A DNA stretch of 64,000 nt from Alphaproteobacteria bacterium (GCA_045632645.1 JAZQXC010000014.1:104637-168636), one strand, 5' to 3'. Shown: positions 9,974 through 20,419, counted from the stretch's first letter. Notes: a model not told the origin generated them from the sequence alone. Program-made: numbers and translations.

Positions 9974-10422
9974 ATATTATCTCCAATCCACATCTTGCAA
10001 AATTCTTTTAAGTTATTAGCCTCAACTTTAGAAAATTTACTACTTTTCTTATCCATAAATGGCGCATAAGCTAAAAGCTCCATAGCACTTTTATCAGCAG
10101 GCATTTTAGATGTATTGGTTAAAAATTCTACCCACTCTTTTCCATATAAAACAGTCGCATCTTTATGTTTTATGTTACATACTCTTTTAAGCAGATTAGA
10201 CATCTTTATGGCAGCCTCAACAGGTTCATTAATATCTATATTTTTTAGTTTTTTGAGCGCAAAACGTTTTTTACTTGTCTTAAAAGCCCAAACCCAAAAT
10301 TTAATAGCAAAAAACAAAGCAAAAATGACAAGCAATATCACATACCATCCATAGGCCAAAGGAAAAATATCAACGCCTTCGGGTATATAAATATCTCTAA
10401 TATTCAGTTGACCATTTCCCAA
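9970..10422 (-). CDS. small membrane protein (DUF4381-like) at the head of the Bat-like operon
   Basis: 150 aa with one TM helix; 4-bp overlap with the BatA-like gene. Confidence 0.4.
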   Translation of the reverse strand: MGNGQLNIRDIYIPEGVDIFPLAYGWYVILLVIFALFFAIKFWVWAFKTSKKRFALKKLKNIDINEPVEAAIKMSNLLKRVCNIKHKDATVLYGKEWVEFLTNTSKMPADKSAMELLAYAPFMDKKSSKFSKVEANNLKEFCKMWIGDNI

Positions 10423-10471
10423 TTTGTCCTCACTTGTTTATATATAAATTTAATACGCGCTCATCCATCTA

Positions 10472-10960
10472 TCAAGATATAGTATCTAAATACTGTTTAA
10501 TAATAGGTTGAAATTTTTCTGCAATTTTTTTATACGCTTCTTTTTTAAATGATATAACATTTTTTATAGCAAAATCAAATGTTTCCCATTTGTATTTGTC
10601 AAATTCAGGAACTTCGGTTTTCAAATTTATTTCATCTCCATTTCCGTCAAAATAAAACAAAGAAAAATAAATATCTTGTCCTTTTGTTAAAATCCCCTTT
10701 TTTCTAAATATCTCTTTTACTTTATTATTAAATGTATATCTAATAAAGCTTTCTTCAGAGCAGACAAGAGTGGCAGAAGTAATGCTAGTTTCTTCACAAA
10801 GCTCACGTTTTGCAGCCTCAACAATGGATTCGCCGGTTTCGATTCCACCTTGAGGAAATTGCCACGCATTTTTAAATCTAATACGATTGCAAACAAGTAT
10901 TTTGCCTTCGTTATTAAAAACAACCACTCCTGCACACTGTCTATACTCTTTTGACATCAC
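10472..10960 (-). CDS. rppH: NUDIX hydrolase, RppH-like RNA pyrophosphohydrolase
   Basis: Nudix box GGIETGESIVEAAKRELCEETSI. Confidence 0.75.
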   Translation of the reverse strand: MMSKEYRQCAGVVVFNNEGKILVCNRIRFKNAWQFPQGGIETGESIVEAAKRELCEETSITSATLVCSEESFIRYTFNNKVKEIFRKKGILTKGQDIYFSLFYFDGNGDEINLKTEVPEFDKYKWETFDFAIKNVISFKKEAYKKIAEKFQPIIKQYLDTIS

Positions 10961-10965
10961 GATCC

Positions 10966-12285
10966 CTAGTTTGTTGATTTAGAATACAATGACAACGCTT
11001 TCACCAAATCTAAAGCTCTAACAAGTTGATAGTCTGCTAAATCTTCTTTAGATTTCTTTTTGCTTTTTTCTTCTTTTCCTTCATCTACATTATCATTTTT
11101 AAGAGCATTATTTAAATCAGCCTCGCTCAAATTTAATGCATAAGATTCAAATTCTTCAACTTTTGCTGGTTTAACCTCGATATCTGGCTCAATACCCTTT
11201 GCCTGAATAGAGCGCCCAGAAGGAGTATAATATCTAGCGGTGGTAATTCTCATAGCTCCAAAATCCCCTAAAGGCATAACTGTTTGTACCGAACCTTTAC
11301 CAAAAGATTTTTCACCCAAAACAATCGCTCTATGGTGGTCTTGAAGTGCGCCAGCAAGAATTTCTGAAGCAGAAGCAGAGCCCTCATTTATAATAACAAC
11401 AATAGGCAAATCTTTTGCAATATCTCCCTCTGTTGCCATAAATTTAACAGTATCAGCCTCATTTCTTGAGCGAGTAGATACAATTTCACCTTTATCTAAA
11501 AACAAATCAGAAACCTCAACAGCTTGATCTAATAAACCACCAGGGTTGTTTCTAACATCAATTACAATACCAAGCAAATCGTTTTTGAGTTCTTTTTTAG
11601 CTTTTTTAATTGCATCGCTAACATTTTTATCAACGTCTTCTGTAAAAGAAGAAATACGAATATAAGCCACAGCATTTTCTTTTATTTCACTCTTTACAGA
11701 TTGTATCTTAATTTCTTGGCGTTTAATTGTTACATCAAGTGGTTTGGAATTAACCCTTCTAATTGTAAGCTTAACTTCTGCACCAACTTTGCCTCTTAAT
11801 TTACCAACAGCATCATTAAGTGATAATCCAACAACAGTTTCGCCATCAATATGGGTAATATAATCACCAGCTTTAAGACCAGCCTTTGCTGCAGGTGTGT
11901 CATCGATTGGTGACACAATTTTCACCAAACCATTATCCATTGTTATCTCGATTCCAACACCGCCAAACTTCCCCTTTGTTTGCTCATTCATATAATTAAA
12001 ACTCTTAGCATCTAAATAGCTAGAATGAGGGTCTAAAGATGTAAGCATTCCATTAATAGCAGATTCTATCAATTTTTTATCTGTAACTTCTTCAACATAA
12101 GATATTTTAGTTCTCTCTAAAACTTCTCCAAAAAGATTTAATAACTCATAAGTATCAATCTCTTCTGCTGTTTTTTTAGAAGCATCTGCAACAGATATAT
12201 TAAAAAATAAACCAGTAAGCAACGATGCAAAAATCAATCTACTTTTTTTCATTTTCTTTCCTATCATATAAAAATTAACCGGCAA
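10966..12285 (-). CDS. ctpA: carboxy-terminal processing protease (peptidase S41, Ctp/Prc family); start possibly at the downstream MKKSRL
   Basis: signal peptide, PDZ domain, NNPGG and GSASASEILAGALQD S41 motifs. Confidence 0.85.
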   Translation of the reverse strand: MPVNFYMIGKKMKKSRLIFASLLTGLFFNISVADASKKTAEEIDTYELLNLFGEVLERTKISYVEEVTDKKLIESAINGMLTSLDPHSSYLDAKSFNYMNEQTKGKFGGVGIEITMDNGLVKIVSPIDDTPAAKAGLKAGDYITHIDGETVVGLSLNDAVGKLRGKVGAEVKLTIRRVNSKPLDVTIKRQEIKIQSVKSEIKENAVAYIRISSFTEDVDKNVSDAIKKAKKELKNDLLGIVIDVRNNPGGLLDQAVEVSDLFLDKGEIVSTRSRNEADTVKFMATEGDIAKDLPIVVIINEGSASASEILAGALQDHHRAIVLGEKSFGKGSVQTVMPLGDFGAMRITTARYYTPSGRSIQAKGIEPDIEVKPAKVEEFESYALNLSEADLNNALKNDNVDEGKEEKSKKKSKEDLADYQLVRALDLVKALSLYSKSTN

Positions 12286-13534
12286 TCCATGGTTTTGGAT
12301 TTATGGGCTGTCTATCCTTTCTTATTTCAACATATAATTTGGCATCGCCTGAGCTAGGCATTGTTCCAACAGGTTCTCCAGATAAGAGTTTTTGACCAAC
12401 ATCGCAGTCAATTTGTCCTAATCCAGCAAGTAAAGATAGATACCCATCACCATGTTCTACTATAATAATATTACCATATCCTTTAAATGGACCAGAAAAA
12501 ATCACAGTTCCATCGTATGGTGCTATAACTTGAGCGTTATTTCTTGTTTTATATACCACCCCTTTAGAGGTAACCCCTTTAGATATAGATTGTCCATATT
12601 CTGTTACAACATAACCACTAACAGGTTTTTCAAGGCGTCCTTTTGCTCTTGCAAAACCACTACTTTTAGCCTCTTGTTTAATTGCTTCATGTGCCCTGGT
12701 ATCAACAGATTTGACCTCCTTAAGTCTTTGTTGTTCTTGCTCACGTTTAAGTCTAGCAAGCCTTTCTGCTTCTTCTCTTTTTCTTCTTTCTAACTCTTTT
12801 TGTCGCTCTAGTTTTTCAAGTAAATCCCTTAAGTCTTTTGCTTTAGACGATAGATTTTCTGCTATTTTTTGTGTTTCAGCTCCTTTATTTTCAACACTTT
12901 TTCTTAAAGTTGCTTTCTTTTTTAAAAGTCCTTTCATATTTTCCTGTTGTTTTTCTAAAGTCTCTTTGTAGCTAGCTGTTTTTTTCAAATTTTGCTCGAT
13001 TTTTTGTTTTTGATTATAAAGAATATCTAGGTCTATTTTTAGTTTTGATGATTTTTCATTAATTGCTGGCACTGTTTCTCTAAGTAAAATAGCGCTTCTA
13101 ATAATATCAACAGGAGAGTGTGGTTGTAAAATAACAGATTCAGAGGGATTTAGAGACATATTTTGTAATGAAGATAGCATCTGAACAAGAGATGCATTTT
13201 CTTTTTTGAATAATTCTTCTTTGGTTGCAACATCGCTTTTTAGTTTTTGTAAATCTCGCTCCAAAGTAGATAATTTATCTTCATTTCCTTGGATTTTTTT
13301 TGCCAAAGAAATAACTTCTTTATCCATTTTAGATAATTCAAGATTAAGTTGAATTGCTTGTGCTTGTAATCTTTTAGATTCTAGTGCTTTCTTTTTAGCC
13401 TCTTCTTCAAGTTCTCTAACTTCTTTTTCTGATACATTTTTAGCATAGCTATAACCACAATTAAGGAAACAAATCCCTAAAAGCAGAAAAGCTATACTAA
13501 AAAAATGCATCAATCTCATAACATTATTTCTCAA
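12275..13534 (-). CDS. M23/LytM peptidase-domain protein with long coiled-coil (EnvC-like murein hydrolase activator)
   Basis: signal peptide, ~250 aa heptad-rich coiled coil, C-terminal M23 domain (NIIIVEHGDGYLSL...GEPVGTM). Confidence 0.8.
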   Translation of the reverse strand: MRNNVMRLMHFFSIAFLLLGICFLNCGYSYAKNVSEKEVRELEEEAKKKALESKRLQAQAIQLNLELSKMDKEVISLAKKIQGNEDKLSTLERDLQKLKSDVATKEELFKKENASLVQMLSSLQNMSLNPSESVILQPHSPVDIIRSAILLRETVPAINEKSSKLKIDLDILYNQKQKIEQNLKKTASYKETLEKQQENMKGLLKKKATLRKSVENKGAETQKIAENLSSKAKDLRDLLEKLERQKELERRKREEAERLARLKREQEQQRLKEVKSVDTRAHEAIKQEAKSSGFARAKGRLEKPVSGYVVTEYGQSISKGVTSKGVVYKTRNNAQVIAPYDGTVIFSGPFKGYGNIIIVEHGDGYLSLLAGLGQIDCDVGQKLLSGEPVGTMPSSGDAKLYVEIRKDRQPINPKPWIAG

Positions 13535-15053
13535 TCAAAGAGTTTCCAGTCATTTCTGCTGGTTTTTCAATATCCATTAAATCAAGCAAAGTTGGAGCAA
13601 TATCAGCCAATCTACCATCTTTTAATGATTTAATGTTTTTATGAGAGTTAAATAAAACAACCTGAACTTTACCAACAGTGTGTGCTGTATAAGGAGCGCC
13701 TGTTACTTCATCAACCATTTTTTCTGCATTACCGTGGTCAGCCGTAACAAGAAGGGTTCCATCAACCTCTTTAATTGCACTCATAACTTTACCCAAGCAA
13801 TCGTCAACAGCTTCAACAGCCTTTAATGCTGCATCCATAATACCAGTATGTCCAACCATATCACCATTAGCAAAGTTGCAAATAATCACATCATATTTTT
13901 GCTCTCTAATAGCATTAGTTAAAGCATCTGTTACTTCATAAACACTCATTTCTGGTTTTAAGTCGTATGTTGCAACTTTAGGGCTATTAATGAGGATTCT
14001 TTCTTCACCTTCAAATTCTTTTTCTTCTCCACCATTAAAGAAGAAAGTAACGTGAGCATATTTCTCTGTTTCAGCGATTCTAAGTTGAGTTAAACCGTTT
14101 TTAGCAACAACTTCACCAAAAATATTAGTTAAAGCTTCTGGTCCAAAAATTGTCTTCATAAAACGTGTGTGGTCAACAGAGTATTCAGTCATACCAACAG
14201 TTTCAATAAAGTTGATAACTTTCTTTCTTTCAAATCCGTTAAATTCATTATCGCCCAAAGCATATAATATCTCTCTTGCTCTATCGGCTCTATAATTTAT
14301 CATCAAAACAGCATCGCCATCTTTTGCACCATTATAATCACCAACAACACAAGGGATAACAAATTCATCTGTTACACCATTTTTATAAGAAGCCTCAATA
14401 GCATCATTACTTGTCGCAAAACGTTCGCCATCAGCCAGAATAATGTTGTTATAAGCCTTTTCAACGCGATCCCAACGTTTATCTCTATCCATTGCATAAA
14501 AACGTCCAGAAATGGTTGCAACTTTAACATTATCAAGAGGTTTTATGTTGCTTTCAAATTCATTTAAAAAGTCTTTTGCAGATTGAGGAGGTGTATCCCT
14601 ACCATCTAAAAATGCGTGCACATCAACTTTTACGCCATTTTTATTTAAAATTTCACACATAGCCTCAATATGTTTTTGATGAGAGTGAACTCCACCAGGA
14701 GACATCAAACCCATTAAATGGCAAGTTCCATTTGTTTTTCTCAAATTATCAATTAATTCTATAACAACAGGATTCTTTTCAATAGAACCATCTTTGATTG
14801 CCAAATCAATTTTTGGTAAATCTTGCATAACAACTCTACCAGCACCAAGGTTAGTATGACCAACTTCAGAGTTACCCATTTGTCCATCAGGAAGTCCCAC
14901 ATCTAAACCAGATGTTTCAATAAACGCATGAGGGTATTTATCCAAAAGGTAATGCCAATTAGGTGTATATCCTTTTTCAATAGCGTTATCATCAGTAATA
15001 GTTTCTCTATATCCCCATCCGTCCAAAATCAAAAGCATAGTAGGTTTTTGCAT
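13524..15053 (-). CDS. gpmI: 2,3-bisphosphoglycerate-independent phosphoglycerate mutase
   Basis: LSPGGVHSH, DGRDTPP, ADHGNAE motifs; 509 aa. Confidence 0.9.
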   Translation of the reverse strand: MQKPTMLLILDGWGYRETITDDNAIEKGYTPNWHYLLDKYPHAFIETSGLDVGLPDGQMGNSEVGHTNLGAGRVVMQDLPKIDLAIKDGSIEKNPVVIELIDNLRKTNGTCHLMGLMSPGGVHSHQKHIEAMCEILNKNGVKVDVHAFLDGRDTPPQSAKDFLNEFESNIKPLDNVKVATISGRFYAMDRDKRWDRVEKAYNNIILADGERFATSNDAIEASYKNGVTDEFVIPCVVGDYNGAKDGDAVLMINYRADRAREILYALGDNEFNGFERKKVINFIETVGMTEYSVDHTRFMKTIFGPEALTNIFGEVVAKNGLTQLRIAETEKYAHVTFFFNGGEEKEFEGEERILINSPKVATYDLKPEMSVYEVTDALTNAIREQKYDVIICNFANGDMVGHTGIMDAALKAVEAVDDCLGKVMSAIKEVDGTLLVTADHGNAEKMVDEVTGAPYTAHTVGKVQVVLFNSHKNIKSLKDGRLADIAPTLLDLMDIEKPAEMTGNSLIEK

Positions 15054-15222
15054 ATTTTTACTCCATTATAAATTTTAAATTATTTTATATCTTATAAACA
15101 CTTTAAAACAGAAAGCTTTATATTTATCCATATTTTTTTAAGATATAAACAATATAAGTCTTGTTAAGACAAAAAGATAGTTTTATATTATGTTTTAAGA
15201 AAATATTTTTTAAGGATAAATA

Positions 15223-16311
15223 ATGAGAACTATATCCCTATTAACAGCCTTACTTTGTTGTGCTCCAATAACATATGCTCATAGCTTTGATACAGATTAC
15301 GCTTTAAGCTTTGGTGGTTTTTATGGATATACAGATTATAAGCATCAAAAAAACAGCTCTTATAAAAACAACAATCTAAACTCCACACTAAACGCCTATG
15401 GTAAAATATCTCATAAATTTAATGATAGCTATGAGGCATCACTTGTTGGTTATTTTATGATAGATAGCGCAAAAGATATTGAAAATTATAACCAAGGCAT
15501 TTGGGGAGAAGAGGTTTTTGCAGAAATAACAACCCCAAAGGGACAAATCTCGCTTGGTCAAGATTATAATGTTGCATATAATTTTTCTGTTGGTGCTCCA
15601 AATGTTGGCCCATATCGCATAAACAATAGCGATATAGTAAATTTTATACATAATCCAAATTGGTATGCAAAAGACGGTAAGACATCTTATAAAACGCTAA
15701 ACTCCACATACATAAACACAGATGGTGCCTCCATAAAAGCTAATTACATAACACCATCGTTCTTTGGTGTAAAACTTGGTGCAACATTTATACCCAAAGT
15801 TCACTCTCGCTCAAGTTTAGTATCAAACGATGCTTTATATGATAATAAGAGCGCATACGTTTTGGGCGCGTTTGGCGAGTGGTTCTTATCTGGTTATGAA
15901 ATATCAACATCACTAGGATATGCAGATTTTGATAAAAACACTAAAGAATACAGTGCAGGGATGAATGTTTACCGTAAAGGGTGGACATTTGGTGCTTCTT
16001 ATCGCAAAACCAAAGCCCAAAAAGATGATTATGTCATAAATAATACAACAATGTTTGATGCATACAGAGATGCAAGCGCATACAATTTGGGCATTCGTTA
16101 CGAAATAGGGCCATTTTCTACCGGATTATCATATTTCGATTCTAAATCAGATAAATTTGACTATAACAATAAAATAATAAGTTTCACAAATGCATACCAA
16201 ATAAACAAAAATACAACACTTTCCTTATCAATCGCAAAACTAAAAGCGAGTGCAGAAAGCGAGAATACCAAAGGCTATGCTGGTATTATAGGACTGGAGA
16301 TAGAGCTATGA
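15223..16311 (+). CDS. putative outer-membrane porin (beta-barrel), signal peptide
   Basis: cleavable signal MRTISLLTALLCCAPITYA; alternating Tyr/Gly-rich amphipathic strands; size typical of alphaproteobacterial porins. Confidence 0.5.
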   Translation: MRTISLLTALLCCAPITYAHSFDTDYALSFGGFYGYTDYKHQKNSSYKNNNLNSTLNAYGKISHKFNDSYEASLVGYFMIDSAKDIENYNQGIWGEEVFAEITTPKGQISLGQDYNVAYNFSVGAPNVGPYRINNSDIVNFIHNPNWYAKDGKTSYKTLNSTYINTDGASIKANYITPSFFGVKLGATFIPKVHSRSSLVSNDALYDNKSAYVLGAFGEWFLSGYEISTSLGYADFDKNTKEYSAGMNVYRKGWTFGASYRKTKAQKDDYVINNTTMFDAYRDASAYNLGIRYEIGPFSTGLSYFDSKSDKFDYNNKIISFTNAYQINKNTTLSLSIAKLKASAESENTKGYAGIIGLEIEL

Positions 16312-16916
16312 AAAAAATAAGCATAATATCTAAAAACGAATTATTTTTAGAGGATTTTTCGCATCAAATAAATTTACAACTTTCCACAACAGAGCTTGCA
16401 ATAAATAGTCATGATGAAGCATGTGAAATGTTTTTTATAGACAATGATGAGGATTTAGCAAAAGAGTTATCTGTTTTATATAAAAAACACCCAATCATTC
16501 TTTTTTCAGACACATTAAAAGCACTAGATTTTGTTGATTTAGTGGTCGTTAAGCCTTTTTCTTTAGTTGTGTTTTTAAGCGCTTTAGTTTCAGATACGTT
16601 GCTTCCCAAAGTTCGTCATAAAGAATGTATAATGTTTAAAGAATATACACTTTATCCTGTCACAAAAGAAATAACAACATCAACCGACACGGTAAAACTA
16701 ACAGAGAAAGAAGTGGTGATTTTAAAATATTTACATTCTCGCTCACCAAAAACAATTAGCAAAGAGGAGCTTCTTCAAAACGTATGGGGTTATAGTGCCG
16801 AAATGACAACTCACACCATTGAAACGCACATATATAGACTAAGACAAAAGGTTGAGCAAAACGGTGGTTCTCAAATCATCATCACAGAAAACAATGGATA
16901 TAGATTAAACATATAA
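16308..16916 (+). CDS. atypical OmpR/PhoB-family regulator (winged-helix trans_reg_C domain with a degenerate receiver)
   Basis: C-terminal LTEKEVVILKYL...TISKEELLQNVWGYSAEMTTHTIETHIYRLRQK matches the OmpR DNA-binding domain; N-terminal receiver-like region lacks the DD acidic pocket but keeps a KPF motif; ATGA overlap with the porin gene. Confidence 0.55.
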   Translation: MKKISIISKNELFLEDFSHQINLQLSTTELAINSHDEACEMFFIDNDEDLAKELSVLYKKHPIILFSDTLKALDFVDLVVVKPFSLVVFLSALVSDTLLPKVRHKECIMFKEYTLYPVTKEITTSTDTVKLTEKEVVILKYLHSRSPKTISKEELLQNVWGYSAEMTTHTIETHIYRLRQKVEQNGGSQIIITENNGYRLNI

Positions 16917-16922
16917 GCTAAC

Positions 16923-17951
16923 TTATTTTGTTAAACCAAGTGGTGTAAATGTAAAGCGTATATCTTTCCACTGGTTGTAGCTAGAACCACTTTGACGAGC
17001 CAATACCTTAAACACTTCATGTACATCTTGAGCAATATGAATAGCTCTTTCTGCGCTATCAGCAAGTGCTTGGAAATAATTATCAGAGCGATATCTAGAC
17101 ATGTCTTCAATGTTAACAGATTGTATTAAGCCTTCTTTAGTTAGTTTAACATTTATAACAACTTCAATATTTCTATCATCTTTACCACCTGCAATAGTTT
17201 TCCAACTTTCCTGAATTTTAGATTTAACAAAATCAACTCCAGAAATAGATAATTCACTAAAGTATGAGCCACTAGGATTACCGCCTTCAACCCCCATGTT
17301 GTTTACTGGTTCAGATGCAGGAATTTGAGCTAAAGCGTCTTCTTCGCCAATTTGTTTTTGTAAATCATCAACCGAGTTCATGAGGCTGGCTAACGGATTC
17401 GCTGTTCTAATAGGTTGTTTGTTATTTGATTGGTTAGATGCATTTTGTGGCGCTTTCTTTTGTTCAGGCTTTTTCTTTGGCTCAGTCTTTTTAGTTGGTT
17501 TTACCTGAGGTTTTTTCTGAGGAATAGGCGCTGGCTTTTTCTTCTCTTTTTGAGGTTTTGGAGTTTCTTTTTTCGGCTCTTCCGTTTTTTCTTCAAACTT
17601 TGGTTTATCTTCAATCAAAGAAGGTGCTTTAATATCAAGCTCAGGAGCTTCTAGTTCTTTAGGGGCTTCTTCTTTAATATCAGATTCTACCTTAGGTGTA
17701 GATTTCTTTTGAGCCACCTCAGTATTTGGTTTTTCTTTTCTAGTTGCAGGCTTTCTCTCTTCTCCTAAAACAGCTTTTTCAGGAAGATTAGTCACATCAG
17801 ATATTTTAATATCATCAAGGCTAACAATAATAGGAGGCTGTTCATCAAACTTTGGTTTTCCTGTTAAAAAAGGTATATCAAACACGCATAATAAAAATAC
17901 TACTACGTGCAACATAAGAGAATTATATATATACCTTTTTTGAACACTCAT
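16923..17951 (-). CDS. TonB (or TolA)-like energy-transducer protein
   Basis: N-terminal TM anchor, long Pro/Lys/Glu-rich spacer (KPKFEEKTEEPKKETPKPQKEKKKPAPIPQKKPQVKP), C-terminal globular domain; downstream of exbB-exbD. Confidence 0.6.
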   Translation of the reverse strand: MSVQKRYIYNSLMLHVVVFLLCVFDIPFLTGKPKFDEQPPIIVSLDDIKISDVTNLPEKAVLGEERKPATRKEKPNTEVAQKKSTPKVESDIKEEAPKELEAPELDIKAPSLIEDKPKFEEKTEEPKKETPKPQKEKKKPAPIPQKKPQVKPTKKTEPKKKPEQKKAPQNASNQSNNKQPIRTANPLASLMNSVDDLQKQIGEEDALAQIPASEPVNNMGVEGGNPSGSYFSELSISGVDFVKSKIQESWKTIAGGKDDRNIEVVINVKLTKEGLIQSVNIEDMSRYRSDNYFQALADSAERAIHIAQDVHEVFKVLARQSGSSYNQWKDIRFTFTPLGLTK

Positions 17952-17964
17952 CTATAAAGACTCT

Positions 17965-18390
17965 CTATTTCTTTTTTCTTGCTTCAGTTTTTAAGCCAAC
18001 TTTACTAAATCCAGCTTCTTTCAATAGCGCCATCAAGCCAATCACACTACCATAATTAGATTCAGCATCACCAGAAATTGTAATAGTCACATCTTTATTT
18101 TCGCCTTTAATTGCCATAACCTTATCAATTATAGTATCGGGCTCAATTTCGCTTTGCCCAATATAATAAATACCATTCTTATCAACACTAATGTTTATAG
18201 ATGTGTCTTTTCCATTAAGTGTACCACCACCAACTTTTGGTAAATCGAGAGGAATTCCAGATGTCATCAATGGTGCTGCCACCATAAATACAACAAGCAA
18301 AACCATCATAACATCCATAAGGTTTGTCATATTAATGTTTGCATTACGCCTACTAATTCTTCTAGAACTTCTTGTATTTGTGATCGACAT
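17965..18390 (-). CDS. exbD: biopolymer transport protein ExbD/TolR
   Basis: 141 aa, single N-terminal TM, ExbD/TolR-like periplasmic domain. Confidence 0.8.
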   Translation of the reverse strand: MSITNTRSSRRISRRNANINMTNLMDVMMVLLVVFMVAAPLMTSGIPLDLPKVGGGTLNGKDTSINISVDKNGIYYIGQSEIEPDTIIDKVMAIKGENKDVTITISGDAESNYGSVIGLMALLKEAGFSKVGLKTEARKKK

Positions 18391-18395
18391 ATTAA

Positions 18396-19142
18396 CTATT
18401 CTCCAGCCATTTCAGCTCTAATCGCATTATCATCAATTTCTCTAGATAAAATACTAGAAAACTCAGCCATAAAGGTTTCTAGTTTTTTAGCATATCTTTC
18501 AATTTCAGAAGTAATAATATTATATGCAACATAAGCAGGAATTGCCGCAATTAAACCAAATGCAGTGGTGAATAATGCCTCTGCAATACCAGGAGCAATA
18601 GATGTTAAAGAGTTGCTTTGAGTAACAGCAATAGCATTAAAACATGCAATAATACCCCAAACAGTACCAAACAAGCCAACAAGTGGCGCAACAGAACCGG
18701 TAGATGCTAAAAATCCAAGATTATTATCTAATTCATCAAGGTCTTTATCCATAGACACCATCATGGCCTTTTCAATTCTTTGTTGCAAAGAAACACCTCT
18801 TAGCCCTCTATCTGTCTTAGATTTCATAATATTTGTTCTTCGCCACTCTTTCATTGCCGCCATAAACATCGCAGACATAGGATCTAAAGGTGTTCCAATA
18901 GAATCATATAGCTTATCAAGAGAGCCACCAGACCAAAATCTTTCTTCAAATTGTTTTGAGAGTCTTTTTACACTTCTTAATGTATTAAATTTTTCAAAAA
19001 TAATAGCCCAAGACCAAACGGATGCCGCAATAAGACCAATCATAACGGCTTTTGTTACAAGGTCTGAAGACCAAACCATGTCCCACATAGAAAGTTGATT
19101 AACAACCTCTGTTGCTACTTCTGTTTCCATATTATTCCTCAT
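18396..19142 (-). CDS. exbB: MotA/TolQ/ExbB proton-channel protein
   Basis: 248 aa, three TM helices, conserved C-terminal TolQ/ExbB region (LASTGSVAPLVGLFGTVWGII). Confidence 0.8.
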   Translation of the reverse strand: MRNNMETEVATEVVNQLSMWDMVWSSDLVTKAVMIGLIAASVWSWAIIFEKFNTLRSVKRLSKQFEERFWSGGSLDKLYDSIGTPLDPMSAMFMAAMKEWRRTNIMKSKTDRGLRGVSLQQRIEKAMMVSMDKDLDELDNNLGFLASTGSVAPLVGLFGTVWGIIACFNAIAVTQSNSLTSIAPGIAEALFTTAFGLIAAIPAYVAYNIITSEIERYAKKLETFMAEFSSILSREIDDNAIRAEMAGE

Positions 19143-19217
19143 TAAAAATTAAAGCTTTAACTAGATTAAGTTATTTGTAGCAATATAATAGTAAAAAATC
19201 AACTAATCAAAATAAAA

Positions 19218-19260
19218 AAAGAGTTGTTATTTTAAGGAAACCCCAAATAACAACTCTTTC
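19218..19260. terminator. rho-independent terminator hairpin (bidirectional appearance)
   Basis: perfect inverted repeat GAGTTGTTAT / ATAACAACTC flanked by an A-run and a T-run, directly 3' of the minus-strand gene ending at 19262. Confidence 0.6.
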
Positions 19261-19261
19261 G

Positions 19262-19654
19262 CTAGAGTAACCCTAGTAGAAAAACCCCTATATAGTAGAT
19301 AACTGCAACAGCGATTGCTACAACAACTACAATATAGATGCCACCTAATAGGTATCTGACAATAACGCCGAAAAACTCGTGTGCGCTCAATATCACAAAG
19401 ATAATGGTCAATGCGATAAAGAGAACAATCTTAGCTGAAAAACCGAACCCTTGAATAAATTTTATTATACTAGGGATAAAGGCTTTATCTAAAATGCCAT
19501 AGTGATTGTCAATAAAGACAATTAAACCTATGACAAGCCACGCAACAATCATATTCCATATAATTGAAAGCGTAAGATTTTTTAATCCATCCATAATTGT
19601 ATTCAAATAATTATTTTCACTTCTTATAATATCATATTTTTTAGACAAAAGCAA
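19262..19654 (-). CDS. hypothetical small integral membrane protein
   Basis: 130 aa, 3-4 predicted TM helices, no recognisable motif. Confidence 0.4.
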   Translation of the reverse strand: MLLSKKYDIIRSENNYLNTIMDGLKNLTLSIIWNMIVAWLVIGLIVFIDNHYGILDKAFIPSIIKFIQGFGFSAKIVLFIALTIIFVILSAHEFFGVIVRYLLGGIYIVVVVAIAVAVIYYIGVFLLGLL

Positions 19655-19667
19655 TATATTTTATAAA

Positions 19668-19698
19668 AAAAGACCTCCAACAAGAGGTCTTCCTTTTT
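19668..19698. terminator. rho-independent terminator hairpin
   Basis: AAGACCTC-CAACAA-GAGGTCTT stem-loop with flanking A/T runs, 3' of the minus-strand gene ending at 19702. Confidence 0.55.
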
Positions 19699-19701
19699 AT
19701 T

Positions 19702-20415
19702 TTATAAATATGGACTTTTTGATAAGTCAGGCGATTCCATTTTATCATCCCAACGTATTCTTTTTGCACATTCATCTTCACTTGCGCCAAAAATTCTACA
19801 TCTATTAATCTCAATATCGGGGGCTTCAGATAGATTATAACAAATATCGCCAATCCCTCTTATAAATTTCTCTTCAACACCATTGGCTTTAATATCTCTA
19901 TATATAAAAGCATAGTCTTGTAATGGAAATGCAAGTTTTAATGCTAGCATACGAATATCTTTATCAAGCGTAGATCTAACCGTAACACCAAAAGAACACA
20001 TAGTTCTACCCAATACATCTTGGAATAGAACAAAGCTTCCTTTAGATATTCCAATAAAGATTTCCCCATTAAGCGTTGGCATTTCTTCAGTTGTAGGGGC
20101 TAGATCTGCACTCTCTTTATCTTGCTTTTGTTTCTTTAGAGCATCAAGATGTTGAGCAAGAGCTTGCGCCGCTCCTTCTAAAGATATATTTTCATCTTTT
20201 GCTTCTATATTGTTTTCACTATTTTCTTCGCCATATATTGCCTCTTCAGCAGAAGCTTCTTTTTTAAGCTCTTCTCCATACATATCGTCAAACAATTCCT
20301 CATATCCCTCATCGGTCATTGTTTCGGCATCGTCTAACATTTGTGCATAAAGAGGTTCAGAAAAAAATACCCCCATACAAACAAGCAAATATAAAGCAAA
20401 TTTTTTCATAAGCAT
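19702..20415 (-). CDS. hypothetical secreted protein (signal peptide)
   Basis: MLMKKFALYLLVCMGVFFSEPLYAQ signal; acidic N-terminal region; no known domain recognised. Confidence 0.4.
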   Translation of the reverse strand: MLMKKFALYLLVCMGVFFSEPLYAQMLDDAETMTDEGYEELFDDMYGEELKKEASAEEAIYGEENSENNIEAKDENISLEGAAQALAQHLDALKKQKQDKESADLAPTTEEMPTLNGEIFIGISKGSFVLFQDVLGRTMCSFGVTVRSTLDKDIRMLALKLAFPLQDYAFIYRDIKANGVEEKFIRGIGDICYNLSEAPDIEINRCRIFGASEDECAKRIRWDDKMESPDLSKSPYL

Positions 20416-20419
20416 ATCC

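Noticed and set aside
19641-19853. 70-aa ORF 19641..19853(-) overlapping the end of the 237-aa secreted-protein gene
   Set aside because: It spans a terminator hairpin and overlaps the longer signal-peptide-bearing ORF in another frame, so it is almost certainly spurious.
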